From Alkalispirochaeta sp. (GTDB lineage Bacteria > Spirochaetota > Spirochaetia > DSM-27196 > Alkalispirochaetaceae), in the NCBI GenBank assembly GCA_965601925.1, contig OZ271854.1, forward strand, positions 544,001 to 608,000: a stretch of DNA of 64,000 nucleotides. Direction: 5' to 3'. Positions 20,464 to 30,375 of this stretch are shown here, piece by piece. The stretch's first letter is position 1, and each line of letters begins with the position of its first letter. The position numbers and the translations under genes are program-made. The notes beneath the pieces are model-generated. The model did not search any database and was not told the DNA's origin. It saw only the letters and a program-made list of their open reading frames with translations.

Positions 20464-22317
20464 TTACGTGTCGAAGCGGTCGACGAGGCCGCCGATGTCG
20501 AGAATCATCTCGCGATTCGTGCCGGATATCTCATTGATGCTGTGCACCGAGGAGTTAATCTCCCGCGTACCGGTCACGATCTCATCCATGGACGACCTCA
20601 TTTGTACCGTCGCCTCGTTGAGTCCGGCGACGACCCGGAGAATCTGTTCGTTCGCACGACTCATCTCGTCGGCGCCGGTATGGACGGCTGAGGCGATATC
20701 GGTGAGCTCTCCCAACGCATCGCGGATCGTGCGTCCCGCCTCGCCGTGGTCTTGTACCTCTCCCGCCAGCTGCGAGAACACGCCGTCTACCTGGGATACG
20801 GTGCCGTGGATCTCACCGAACAGTCGCCGCGCCTCATCGGACACCGCGACGCTCACTTCGATGTCGTGCTCCATGCCCCGGATCTCCTCGGCGATGCGTT
20901 TGGATTGTGCGGACGCCTGATCGGCGAGCTTGCGAATCTCCTCGGCAACGACCGAGAAACCGCGCCCGCTCTCACCGGCGTGCGCCGCCTCGATCGCCGC
21001 GTTCATGGCCAGTAAGTTCGTTTGCGATGCGATCCCCACGACAAACGAGTTGGCCTCTTGGAGATGTTTCGATCGCTCGGCCATCTGCGCTACCGCGCTT
21101 CCCATCTCCTCGGCGGCGCGATTACCGTCATCGGTTTTAGTCTGCAGCGTCTCGAGTTGCTCGCGGGTTGTGCCCGCCGAACCGAGCATCCGCTCCACCC
21201 CGGTAAGCATCGTGCCGATCGTTCGGGTGGTCGAGTCGATGGTCGCGACTTCGCGGGAGACCTGATCGTTGAGCGCTTCGATATTGCGGGTCAACTCCTC
21301 TACCGACGACGCGGTGACATCCACTTGTTCCCCCTGGGTGTGCACTTGTCGTTTGAGGCTCTCGATGTTTGCGGTGATCTCATTGACCGCCGCCGCGGTC
21401 TCGTCCATGTTGGACGCCAAATCGTTTCCCAACTCTCCCAAGGTGCCGGTCGCGCCCTTAATATCACCGATCATCCGTTGGAGGGACGCTACAAACTCGT
21501 CAAAACTGCGCGCGACCGCCCCCACCTCGTCGGAACTCGTCACTCTGAGGCGCTGCGTAAGGTTTCCCGCTCCTTTGGCAATCTCGGTGAGAGCGGTACT
21601 GACGACACCCAACGGTCGCGTAAGACGACGGCTCAGGGCGACGATTAGACCAATGAAAAGAGAGATGCATACGACCGCAACCGTCGCCAGTGTGACCAAC
21701 AACCTGCGAAAGCGCACCAGGTTGGCTTCGCGCAACGCCTCGACCTCACGCACGATATCGTCGATATAGTTACCCGTACCGACGACCCACCCGAACGGCT
21801 CGTACAACAACGAGTATCCCCTCTTCGGCTCCGGTTCGCCGCCGGATGAGCGGGGAAACCAGTAGTCGGTGTAGCCGCCGCCGGGCTGCGATCCCGCGTC
21901 GACAATCGCTCGAATGAACTCGAACCCCTTCTCGTCGCGATCGTTCAGACGATTGGTACCCTCGGTATCGCGGCCGAGGAGTACGACGTTGACGCCGTCT
22001 ACGGTGTCGGCCCAGAAGTACCCCTCCTCTCCGTAGCGCAGCTCCCGTAGCACGTCGGCGGCCTCCCGACGCGCCTCGTCCAAGCTTACCGCTCCCGAGA
22101 GATAACGGGAGTGGTGATAGTCCAGGAGACTTATCGCCGTATCGACTTGCGTACGAATGAGAAGATCGTAGTCACTCCTCAGATACTCCGACTGCAGATT
22201 CTCGAAAGTCGTAAACGTATTACGAACGGTGATACTGATCACCAGGGCCAAAACAACGATGATCGCAGCCGCGGAAATACCGGCAACGACGGCGATCCGA
22301 TTACCAAGACTTTTCAT
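20464..22317 (-). CDS. Methyl-accepting chemotaxis protein with Cache sensor domain
   Basis: 'LRYGEEGYFW', 'GYTDYWFPR', 'WVVGTGNYIDD', HAMP, 'IASQTNLLAMNAAIEAAHAGESGRGFSVVAEEIRKLA'. Confidence 0.95.
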   Translation of the reverse strand: MKSLGNRIAVVAGISAAAIIVVLALVISITVRNTFTTFENLQSEYLRSDYDLLIRTQVDTAISLLDYHHSRYLSGAVSLDEARREAADVLRELRYGEEGYFWADTVDGVNVVLLGRDTEGTNRLNDRDEKGFEFIRAIVDAGSQPGGGYTDYWFPRSSGGEPEPKRGYSLLYEPFGWVVGTGNYIDDIVREVEALREANLVRFRRLLVTLATVAVVCISLFIGLIVALSRRLTRPLGVVSTALTEIAKGAGNLTQRLRVTSSDEVGAVARSFDEFVASLQRMIGDIKGATGTLGELGNDLASNMDETAAAVNEITANIESLKRQVHTQGEQVDVTASSVEELTRNIEALNDQVSREVATIDSTTRTIGTMLTGVERMLGSAGTTREQLETLQTKTDDGNRAAEEMGSAVAQMAERSKHLQEANSFVVGIASQTNLLAMNAAIEAAHAGESGRGFSVVAEEIRKLADQASAQSKRIAEEIRGMEHDIEVSVAVSDEARRLFGEIHGTVSQVDGVFSQLAGEVQDHGEAGRTIRDALGELTDIASAVHTGADEMSRANEQILRVVAGLNEATVQMRSSMDEIVTGTREINSSVHSINEISGTNREMILDIGGLVDRFDT

Positions 22318-22497
22318 ATATGCTTCGCTCCAGCTTCAGAATACCATGAGAACTCCCGATTTTGGCACGAATGGTCACTCCGCTATGATAAGAACGCTCT
22401 TTGAAGTAAGAACTATTATTGACGATATAAAGCTCGAATCCGCAGCGTTGTCGCCCTTCCGTATCGCCGCTATGGTCGAATACGGAAGGGGCCGACA

Positions 22498-23769
22498 ATG
22501 CACGAGAGTCACAAACAGGAGATGAGCCCGACACCGAGCGGACCCGATGTTCACCTATCGATCGCCATAGACGGAGTGGTACCTCCCTCGCGTTTCGCGC
22601 TCTTTCGCCGACGCGTGAATCGTTTTGTGGTGGAGATCGAGTTGATCGACGATGAGCCCGATACATCACCGGTGCGAATCGTGACGAAGCTGCCCACGAC
22701 CGCATCCATGTCCAATCCCGGTCGCATGCAAGAGATCCTCCTCCCCGGTGCGCGTCTGGGTTTGGTACCGGGCCCGGAGGACGGACGGCATCCGTGGCGC
22801 GTGGTGAGTTTTCATCGCGACGATCTCACGATTCCCATCGATACGGTGACCGCCAATCGAGTCGCGCGGTTTCTCATCCGTTCGCAACGGATACCGGCGT
22901 TACGCGACTGGGACATCGCGCAGAGTGAGGTCGCGCGCCGAGGCGGAAGCAGGTTCGATTTTTTGCTGCGCCGGAGAGATAGCACCGCCGACCGTGCGGT
23001 CGCCGGCGAGGAGCGATACCTTGAGGTCAAATCGTGCTCACTGTTCAACGGACCGTGGGCGTTCTTTCCCGATGCGGTAACCACGAGGGGCAGACGCCAT
23101 GTGGAAGAGTTGGCGGACCTCGGAGGGGGCGCGGTGCTGTTTGTGGTCAACTCCGGCGAGGCGAAATACTTTTCACCCGACTTTCACGCAGATATTGCCT
23201 TTGCCCGCACACTGGCCCGCTCGCGTCGGTCGTTGGAAATCATCGCCGTCGGCGTCGGCTGGACGCAGGATCTCAGAATCGCCGGCCCGGTGCGCGAACT
23301 CGCCATACCGTGGGACGGGGTCGAGGCGCAGCTCGACGATGCGGGAAGCTATCTCGTGCTGTTACGCTTGTCCAAACCGCGTACCATCGAGGTCGGCGCG
23401 CTCGGTTCGCGCGAGTTTGCGCCGGGCTACTACCTCTACGTGGGAAGCGCCATGAAAAACCTATCGGGTCGCATAGAGCACCACCGCCGGGGCGGAGCCA
23501 AACACCTCCACTGGCATATCGACTACCTGCGACGCATCGCCGCATACGCCGACAGCTGGGCGATTCGGGAACCGTATCGTCGCGAACCGGAGATAGCGGA
23601 AGCCGTCGCGGCGCTGGCGGAGAGCGACGTACCGGGCTTCGGCGCGAGCGACAGCGCGGCTCGATCACATCTGTTTTTTTGGCGTGATGATCCTCGACGC
23701 TTGCCGCAGTTCCAAGCGCTCATTCTCGCCCTCCGGCGATTCGGCCTGGATCGACACGGCGCGCCGTGA
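22498..23769 (+). CDS. sfsA: SfsA nuclease fused to a DUF123/GIY-YIG-like domain
   Basis: 'RRVNRFVV', 'NPGRMQE', 'SRFDFLL', 'YLEVKSC', 'FPDAVTTRGRRHVEEL'. C-terminal part 'GYYLYVGSA..HWHIDYL..GFGASD'. Confidence 0.88.
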   Translation: MHESHKQEMSPTPSGPDVHLSIAIDGVVPPSRFALFRRRVNRFVVEIELIDDEPDTSPVRIVTKLPTTASMSNPGRMQEILLPGARLGLVPGPEDGRHPWRVVSFHRDDLTIPIDTVTANRVARFLIRSQRIPALRDWDIAQSEVARRGGSRFDFLLRRRDSTADRAVAGEERYLEVKSCSLFNGPWAFFPDAVTTRGRRHVEELADLGGGAVLFVVNSGEAKYFSPDFHADIAFARTLARSRRSLEIIAVGVGWTQDLRIAGPVRELAIPWDGVEAQLDDAGSYLVLLRLSKPRTIEVGALGSREFAPGYYLYVGSAMKNLSGRIEHHRRGGAKHLHWHIDYLRRIAAYADSWAIREPYRREPEIAEAVAALAESDVPGFGASDSAARSHLFFWRDDPRRLPQFQALILALRRFGLDRHGAP

Positions 23770-23793
23770 ACGGCGCGACGCACGTCGCTCGGA

Positions 23794-25740
23794 TCACACC
23801 GCCGGGCGCTCGTCGATGCGGTCGATCGAATCCGGAGCGTCGGCGCCGGTCTCCCGGTCGGTTTCGTCGGTCCGTGCAACCTCCGAGACGGTCGCATCGA
23901 CACCCTCCGCAGTCTTGAAGTCCTGAAGGCTGTCGGCGAGCGCCACAGTTGCGCCCGAGGCCGTTCGTAACTTTTCAACCACTGCATCGAGGCCGTCGGT
24001 GAGCGTTCCGACGCCGGAATCGACCTGCGTGACGCGGCGTCCGATGTCCCGTCCCAGATCACCGACTTCGCGGCTCGATTCACGAATCGCCTCCGCGTCG
24101 GCTCGGAGTCCGTCCGCACGCTCTGAAATCGTCCTCCCCTGGTCTTCGACCGAAGCCGTCGAATCGTGAAGCACATGCGCAACCTGACGCAAATTGACTA
24201 CTACTCGGTCGAGTGCGTCGGCGAGGTCCGCCGATCGTGCGCTCGCGTCCGCCACCGTCGAGAAGGCCTCGACGCTCTCGCCGTTCGCGCTGCGAGCCGT
24301 TTCCATTTTCGCGTCCATCGTCGTGAGTAGGTTGACGATCTTTTCCGACTCGCGCGTCGTCGCCCCGGCCAGGTCGCGAATCCGCGCCGCAACGATCGAA
24401 AACCCCTGCCCCGCCTCCCCGGCACGAGCACTCTCGATCGCCGCGTTAACCGCCAACACGTGCGTCTGTTCGGCGATATCGGTGATCACCTCGGTGATCG
24501 TCCGCACTACCTCTATCTCTCGGGCGAGCGCGGAGATCGCCTCGCGCTCTCGGGAGACGCTCAACTCGGTTTGCCCCACCGACGCGTGAAGTGAATCGAT
24601 TATCTGCTTCTGCTCCGCCGCGGTCCGCGTAACGGAGGCGATCTGATCGTCGATGCTCGCAACCGCATCGCGGGAATGCTCGATGGCTTGAGCCTGGACG
24701 CCCAACGCGTGCTCGAAATCGGAGGCGCTTTCATCGAGCGCCCGGGCGGCGTCACACGTACGATCGCCGACACGTGCGATTTGCTCGACCGATTTCCGCG
24801 TTGCGGCGATACGCAGTGCGATCCCGGCACCGGCGTGCCGAACCCGCTGCACGACCTCGTCCACGGCCGCCTCGGCGCGGCGACTACCGGCGACAAGAGA
24901 TCGTATCTCTTCAACGACGGTCCGAAAGGTATCCAGAAGTCCCTGCAAGTCCCTGCCGAGCGCTCCCAGTTCGTCGCGTTGTCGCGAAGCCGTACCGACC
25001 GTCAGATCGCGGCGAGCGGCACGTTGAACGACCCGCTGCACGGCGACGATTCTTGCCGCCAACCGCGTCACGGAGAGAGCCGCTACGACGAACGCCGCCG
25101 CACCGATACCGATGATCGCGATAATCGTCTGGCGGCGCGCCGAACGGACGATATCGAGACGAAACGCCTGTACTTCGGCGGTAATCATCGGAAGCGTCTC
25201 GGTCGTAAACACGAGGACGGTTCGTCCCAACTGGGCGCTTTGCGACTCCGTCACGCTGAGCGAGGCGGCGCCGTCGCCGAGATCGACGCCTCGGGAGCTT
25301 GCATCTTGGCGTGTACGCACGACACCGCGGGCGAGCACGGGAAAAGAGACGCGTTCCAGTGCGGTCAAACCCTCGTTCAGGATGTCCGCGTCACGTTGTA
25401 GCTGGCGAAACAGATACGCCGAGTTCCGAATCACTTCCGCGACCGCAGCCGGCGCCACGTGTACGCCGGGGTGCTCTTCCAAGGCCCGATACGCCTCGAG
25501 CGCCTCGACGCGACGCGTTCGCCACGTAGTGACGGCGGTGCCGATAATATCCTCGGTAACGAGCAAGCCGTACGTCGCCGCGTCCAGCGCGTGCATCGAG
25601 GCGGACGCGCGACTGACGGTAAACGCCAAATCGTCGACCACCGTTACGGTCGCCATGGATCTGAGCAGTAGAACAGGAACCGTACAAAAGGCTATCACGG
25701 CGAGAATGACGCCCATGCCGAGTTTGCCTCGTATTTTCAT
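23794..25740 (-). CDS. Methyl-accepting chemotaxis protein (divergent)
   Basis: Two TM segments, HAMP 'RDELGALG', signalling hairpin 'IAEQTHVLAVNAAIESARAGEAGQGFSIVA'. GGGAG RBS before ATG 25740. Confidence 0.88.
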   Translation of the reverse strand: MKIRGKLGMGVILAVIAFCTVPVLLLRSMATVTVVDDLAFTVSRASASMHALDAATYGLLVTEDIIGTAVTTWRTRRVEALEAYRALEEHPGVHVAPAAVAEVIRNSAYLFRQLQRDADILNEGLTALERVSFPVLARGVVRTRQDASSRGVDLGDGAASLSVTESQSAQLGRTVLVFTTETLPMITAEVQAFRLDIVRSARRQTIIAIIGIGAAAFVVAALSVTRLAARIVAVQRVVQRAARRDLTVGTASRQRDELGALGRDLQGLLDTFRTVVEEIRSLVAGSRRAEAAVDEVVQRVRHAGAGIALRIAATRKSVEQIARVGDRTCDAARALDESASDFEHALGVQAQAIEHSRDAVASIDDQIASVTRTAAEQKQIIDSLHASVGQTELSVSREREAISALAREIEVVRTITEVITDIAEQTHVLAVNAAIESARAGEAGQGFSIVAARIRDLAGATTRESEKIVNLLTTMDAKMETARSANGESVEAFSTVADASARSADLADALDRVVVNLRQVAHVLHDSTASVEDQGRTISERADGLRADAEAIRESSREVGDLGRDIGRRVTQVDSGVGTLTDGLDAVVEKLRTASGATVALADSLQDFKTAEGVDATVSEVARTDETDRETGADAPDSIDRIDERPAV

Positions 25741-25897
25741 AGATTTCTCCCAATTCGATCCGTCATACCGCGTCGTAAAGCGACGGTAGTGCACGAATAT
25801 TACATGAAGATGAGTGCTTGAGGGGTAGTTACTACACCTGCGACGCAAAAATCAACAGAGTCCCCCGTTGCGGTCTTAAGGGGGCAAACTACGAACA

Positions 25898-25922
25898 ACG
25901 CACCGCCGAGGGGGCGGTGCGT
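25898..25922 (-). terminator. Probable intrinsic terminator of the 147-aa gene
   Basis: ACGCACCGCC-gaggg-GGCGGTGCGT, followed on the minus strand by TGTTCGTAGTTT. Confidence 0.55.
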
Positions 25923-25951
25923 CTACGTGGAATGAGGTTCGTAGCGGTGGA

Positions 25952-26395
25952 TCAGATCGTCGGCTGCAGGAATCGCGAAAACCATCGCGCGAGGCCCGAA
26001 CCGTAATGTGCCGCGAAATCGCGGGCCGCCTCCTCGGGCGTAACCGCGGTATCCCGTTCCTTAAGAAAGTGCCAATGCGTCGTGATCGCGAGATACAACT
26101 GTCCGCCGGTTTTGTGAGGAAACGCTCTGCGAACCTCCCACAACTCCACCGCCCGCTGCATGGGACGATATACATTCTCATACCACGAGAAGATCGCGTC
26201 GTCCCACGAGACGGTCCATCCGATCTCTTGATTGATCAAATACTTGTGGACGTCGATGTGATCGACGAGTTCTAACCATTCCATATCGTTCCGCAGATCC
26301 ATCCCCTCGGGACGCAGCATTTCGGAAAGTGTGCGAATGCGGTCGATCTGCGTCTGCGATAGCGTTTCTGTATGATAGGTCTGTACCGTGTTCAT
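25952..26395 (-). CDS. Conserved hypothetical protein (DUF4032-like)
   Basis: 'HIDVHKYLINQ..SWDDAIFSWYENVYRP..LYLAITTHWHFL..AARDF'. GGAGGTG RBS. Confidence 0.65.
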   Translation of the reverse strand: MNTVQTYHTETLSQTQIDRIRTLSEMLRPEGMDLRNDMEWLELVDHIDVHKYLINQEIGWTVSWDDAIFSWYENVYRPMQRAVELWEVRRAFPHKTGGQLYLAITTHWHFLKERDTAVTPEEAARDFAAHYGSGLARWFSRFLQPTI

Positions 26396-26521
26396 ATGTC
26401 GGTCACCTCCATACCCTTATGATACCAAAATTCTCGCCCCAAATCAAAATTTTTCCTTGACAAAAACATGTTTTCACCCATATTGACGCGCCGTCCGTTC
26501 CGGATTGCCGATGTAACGCAT

Positions 26522-27628
26522 CTATGCTCCGCAGGATTGTCGTGTAATCACCGTCCCGGGGGCAAGACACGTGCGCGGCGGTCGATTCGGATGGACAATT
26601 CTCCATAGCATCGTCTCCATCGCGAGATCGGCAATCTCCTCTACCGGTTGGTGAAGCGTGCTAAGGGGCACTCGCAGCAGCTTGGCGTACCGCACGTCGT
26701 CGAATCCGATGACTTTGAGACGTTCGGGAACGGGAACTCCCAGATTATCGAGTGTCGTCATGAGGGTGGCGGCCGTCTCGTCATTCGCGCACACAAGATG
26801 GCTCGCACCGCCGCCGATGATGCGTTCGGCGACGTACGCCTCATCGGCGGGATCGCCGAAGTGGACCCATTCATCTCGGGGTATGACGCCGTAGTCGATA
26901 AGCGCCCCACGATATCCGCGCAGACGAACCGAGATGGTGTATGCGGAATACGGTCTGGCGAGAAAATCGAGGCGCGTAAGTCCTCGGCGCAGAAAGTGAT
27001 CCGCCACGAGATAGCCGCTGCGAAAGTTATCGATACCGACCAAATCGAGATCGCTCCGTTTCGGAAAAGGCAGATAGTCGGAGTCGATCAAAACGATCGG
27101 AATCCCCGCCTCGGCAAACATCGAAACCAGACGGCGATTGATCGTGTCGAAGGAGGGGCTTAACTCCAACGGTTCGAAGAACACGCCGGCAACGCGATGT
27201 TCGATATAACGCCGGGCAACTTGTACCAGAGCGTGTGCGGCCCGTTCGGTCTCTATCTCAGAGCCGCTCCACAAGAGCGAGCAGCGATGCTCCTCGGCGC
27301 GCTTGGCTATCTCGGCGCAAATCGGCTCGAAGATCTCACCTCGCCCCAATCCCGGTATGACGAGACCGAACAACCGGCCCTCCACCCCTGTCGCCGGCGG
27401 ACCCTCCACATAACTCCCGGACCCGGCGCGGCGCACGATGAGGCGCTCCGATTCCAACGCCTTGAGCGCACGAGTTACGGTCGGCCTCGATACGTCGTAC
27501 CTACGAGCCAACTCGATCTCGGTAGGAAGGCGATCGCCGGGTGCGTATCCTCCGCGAGTTACCATCGTTCGTAACTCGTTGTAGATAAACTCGTGCTTAA
27601 ACTGCTTCTGTCGCGTCGGCGTACTCAC
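26522..27628 (-). CDS. GntR-HTH / LacI-effector-domain regulator (AraR-like)
   Basis: 'PGDRLPTEIELARRYDVSRPTV..GSGSYV' plus 'CANDETA..VIGFDD..LSTLHQP'. Divergent from the ABC operon. Confidence 0.92.
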   Translation of the reverse strand: MSTPTRQKQFKHEFIYNELRTMVTRGGYAPGDRLPTEIELARRYDVSRPTVTRALKALESERLIVRRAGSGSYVEGPPATGVEGRLFGLVIPGLGRGEIFEPICAEIAKRAEEHRCSLLWSGSEIETERAAHALVQVARRYIEHRVAGVFFEPLELSPSFDTINRRLVSMFAEAGIPIVLIDSDYLPFPKRSDLDLVGIDNFRSGYLVADHFLRRGLTRLDFLARPYSAYTISVRLRGYRGALIDYGVIPRDEWVHFGDPADEAYVAERIIGGGASHLVCANDETAATLMTTLDNLGVPVPERLKVIGFDDVRYAKLLRVPLSTLHQPVEEIADLAMETMLWRIVHPNRPPRTCLAPGTVITRQSCGA

Positions 27629-27687
27629 TCCACACCCTTTCCCTTCGTAATTGTAACATCACATCTTCATATTGGTAACATTTTTCC

Positions 27688-27747
27688 TTGACAAATCAGA
27701 TACTCGGATTATTAATAGGTAATAACAATCGTAACGTTTCGTTACGA
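27688..27747 (+). promoter_or_regulatory. Promoter and operator of the sugar ABC operon
   Basis: TTGACA at 27688 with an AT-rich -10 region. Perfect inverted repeat TCGTAACG-ttt-CGTTACGA at 27729-27747. Confidence 0.7.
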
Positions 27748-27783
27748 CACCACTTTTTGAGCGGTCTTTGTAAGGAGGACATA

Positions 27784-28737
27784 ATGAGAAGATTCGTTTC
27801 ACTTTTCGTGAGTCTATTGCTCCTCGGCGGCGTGCTTTTTGCGGCGGGCCAAGGGGAGGACGACGATACGCTCCAGGTAGCCGCGACCTTCGGCGACCTC
27901 GGAAACCCGTTCTTTTTCACCATGGGTCGGGGCGTCGAGGATGCCGCTCGCGCCATCGATCCCGATGCGCGTATAACGGTGGTCTCCTCGGGTTACGACC
28001 TCAATACGCAAACCGGTCAAATGGATACGTTCATTAGCGCCGGAGTAGACATCATCGTCCTTAATGCGGCCGACACCGCCGGTATTGCACCTGCGGTCCG
28101 ACGCGCCAAGGAGGCGGGTATCGTCGTGGTAGCCGCAGACGTAAACGCCGACGGTGGAGTCGACGCGACGGTGACGTCCAACAACTACCAAGCGGGCACG
28201 CAGGCCGGCGAGTACATCGTCGAGCGCCTGGGCGGCCAAGGTAACGTCGTGATCATCAACGGCCCACCCGTCTCGGCGGTCATCGACCGTGTCGCCGGGG
28301 CGCAGGACGTCTTTGCCCGGCATCCCGGTATTACGGTCCTCTCCGATAACCAGAATGCCGGCGGCAACCGCGAGGGCGGGTTGCGAGTCATGACCGACCT
28401 ACTCACCGCCTTCGACGAGATCGATGCGGTATTCGCGATCAACGATCCGACCGGCATCGGTGCCGATCTGGCGATTCAGCAGGCGCAGCGCTCCGGCGAA
28501 ATGTTCATCGTCGGCGTCGACGGAGCTCCCGACGCGGTCGTGGCGCTCAACCAGGAGGGGAGCGATTTCGTTGCCACTCCTTCGCAGGACCCGTACGAGA
28601 TGGCGCGTCGCGCCGTTGAGATCGGACACGAGATCATGCAGGGGGGAGAACTCGCCGAGGACCTCATCCTGATTCCCACGGCCCTCATCACCCGCGACAA
28701 CGTCGACGAGTACGACGGCTGGACACAGCCCGAATAG
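27784..28737 (+). CDS. Monosaccharide ABC transporter substrate-binding protein (CUT2/RbsB-like)
   Basis: AAGGAGG RBS, signal peptide, 'DLGNPFF', 'VTSNNYQAG', 'FAINDP', 'VGVDG', 'QDPYEM'. Confidence 0.93.
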   Translation: MRRFVSLFVSLLLLGGVLFAAGQGEDDDTLQVAATFGDLGNPFFFTMGRGVEDAARAIDPDARITVVSSGYDLNTQTGQMDTFISAGVDIIVLNAADTAGIAPAVRRAKEAGIVVVAADVNADGGVDATVTSNNYQAGTQAGEYIVERLGGQGNVVIINGPPVSAVIDRVAGAQDVFARHPGITVLSDNQNAGGNREGGLRVMTDLLTAFDEIDAVFAINDPTGIGADLAIQQAQRSGEMFIVGVDGAPDAVVALNQEGSDFVATPSQDPYEMARRAVEIGHEIMQGGELAEDLILIPTALITRDNVDEYDGWTQPE

Positions 28738-28768
28738 TCCAACGGAGATTAATTCGGTAGAATATCGA

Positions 28769-28791
28769 GAAGGGCCCCGACGGGGCCCTTC
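28769..28791 (+). terminator. Intercistronic hairpin after the SBP gene (mRNA stabiliser or partial terminator)
   Basis: GAAGGGCCCC-gac-GGGGCCCTTC. Confidence 0.6.
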
Positions 28792-28815
28792 GTCTTGTGA
28801 GGGAGATCGATTCAT

Positions 28816-30345
28816 ATGAGCGAACACGGCGGCGCACCGTTCCTTACCGTACGAAATGTCAGTAAGCGTTTTCCCGGCGTACAGGCGTTGGCGGGCGTCT
28901 CCCTCGACATCCACGCCGGCGAAGTACACGTCGTGATGGGAGAGAACGGAGCGGGCAAAAGCACCCTCATGAAAATACTCGCCGGCGTCTACCGCGCCGA
29001 TGAGGGCGAGGTACGGATCGACGGAGAGCTCGTGGCGCCGGAAAATCCACTCCAGGCGATGGCGCTCGGTGTCAATCTCATCAATCAGGAGCTCGGCGTC
29101 GCCACCAATCTTACCGTTACCGAAAACGTCTTCATGGGGAGTGAGATTCACCGCTGGGGTGTGTTGGACCGACGTCGAATGGCCGAGAGGACGCAGGGGG
29201 TGCTCGAAACCCTCGGCGCCCCCTTTGCCCCCCACGCGCGCGCATCCACGCTTAAAGTCGCCGAGCAACAGCAGGTCGATATCGCTCGCGCCCTGGTGCA
29301 CAACGGACGCGTGTTGATCATGGACGAGCCGACCGCCGCGCTGAGTGAGCGCGAAATCGACAAGTTGTTCGATCTGATTCGCTCGCTGCGTGAGTCCGGT
29401 CTCGCGATCGTCTATATCAGCCATCGTTTGGCGGAGGTCTCGGTCATCGCCGACCGCGTCTCGGTGCTCCGCGACGGTCAGTATATCGGGACGCTCGAGG
29501 GTGAACAGATAGACAACGAGCGGATCGTGCGCATGATGGTCGGGCGCCCCCTCAAAGACTTCTACGAACACGAGGTCGCCGAGACAAAACGCGACAATTA
29601 CCTCGTGGTAAAGGGCATATCCGACGGGAAGCGCGTGAAGGAGACCTCGTTTCAGGCCGCATCGGGAGAAATTCTGGCGATCGCCGGACTGGTCGGATCG
29701 GGACGGACCGAGCTTGCGCGCCTCATCTTCGGTGCCGACAAAGCGGTAGGCGGCGAGGTATGGGTAGACGGGAGACGGCTCGATATACGCTCGCCCCACG
29801 ATGCGATTCGCCACGGCGTAGGGTACGTCCCGGAGGACCGCAAGGTCGAAGGGCTCTTTCTCGGCATGACCAGCCAGGAAAACATCGTCATGAACGTCAT
29901 GGAGCGCAACGCGCACTTCGGTGTTCTCGACCGCTCACAGAACGACGCCATTACGGCGCGCGCGATCGAACGCCTCAATATCAAAGTCGCGCGGCCGCGC
30001 ACGCCCGCGATGTCGCTGTCCGGCGGCAACCAACAGAAACTGCTTCTCGCGCGCTGGCTCGAGATTCAACCCGACGTCTTGATTCTCGACGAGCCGACGC
30101 GCGGGGTCGATGTCGGCGCCAAGAGCGAGATCTACAAGCTCATCGGCGACATCGCGCGCCACGGCGTCGCGGTCATTTTCATTTCCAGCGAGCTTCCCGA
30201 GGTCGTCGGCCTCGCGCAACGGGTACTCGTCATGCGCGAGGGGCGCATTACGACCGATATCACCGACAAAGCGAACATCAATCAAGAGACGATCATGGCC
30301 TATGCGACCGGTGTACGTGAGCCGGATTACTCGTATACGGCGTGA
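28816..30345 (+). CDS. Sugar ABC transporter ATP-binding protein (RbsA-like)
   Basis: 'GENGAGKSTL', 'DEPTAAL', 'LSGGNQQK', 'DEPTRGVDVGAK'. Confidence 0.95.
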   Translation: MSEHGGAPFLTVRNVSKRFPGVQALAGVSLDIHAGEVHVVMGENGAGKSTLMKILAGVYRADEGEVRIDGELVAPENPLQAMALGVNLINQELGVATNLTVTENVFMGSEIHRWGVLDRRRMAERTQGVLETLGAPFAPHARASTLKVAEQQQVDIARALVHNGRVLIMDEPTAALSEREIDKLFDLIRSLRESGLAIVYISHRLAEVSVIADRVSVLRDGQYIGTLEGEQIDNERIVRMMVGRPLKDFYEHEVAETKRDNYLVVKGISDGKRVKETSFQAASGEILAIAGLVGSGRTELARLIFGADKAVGGEVWVDGRRLDIRSPHDAIRHGVGYVPEDRKVEGLFLGMTSQENIVMNVMERNAHFGVLDRSQNDAITARAIERLNIKVARPRTPAMSLSGGNQQKLLLARWLEIQPDVLILDEPTRGVDVGAKSEIYKLIGDIARHGVAVIFISSELPEVVGLAQRVLVMREGRITTDITDKANINQETIMAYATGVREPDYSYTA

Positions 30346-30375
30346 TCGATTGCGATACCGGAGGAGAGACCATCG

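Noticed and set aside
25840..25900. c-di-GMP-I riboswitch upstream of the MCP (GACGCAAA and GGCAAAC present)
   Set aside because: The motifs are in the wrong order and on the opposite strand to the MCP.
28399..29916. Long antisense ORFs (e.g. 505 aa here; also 33242-34675, 44042-45202, 18409-19362)
   Set aside because: Shadow frames opposite well-supported genes, which is expected at high GC.
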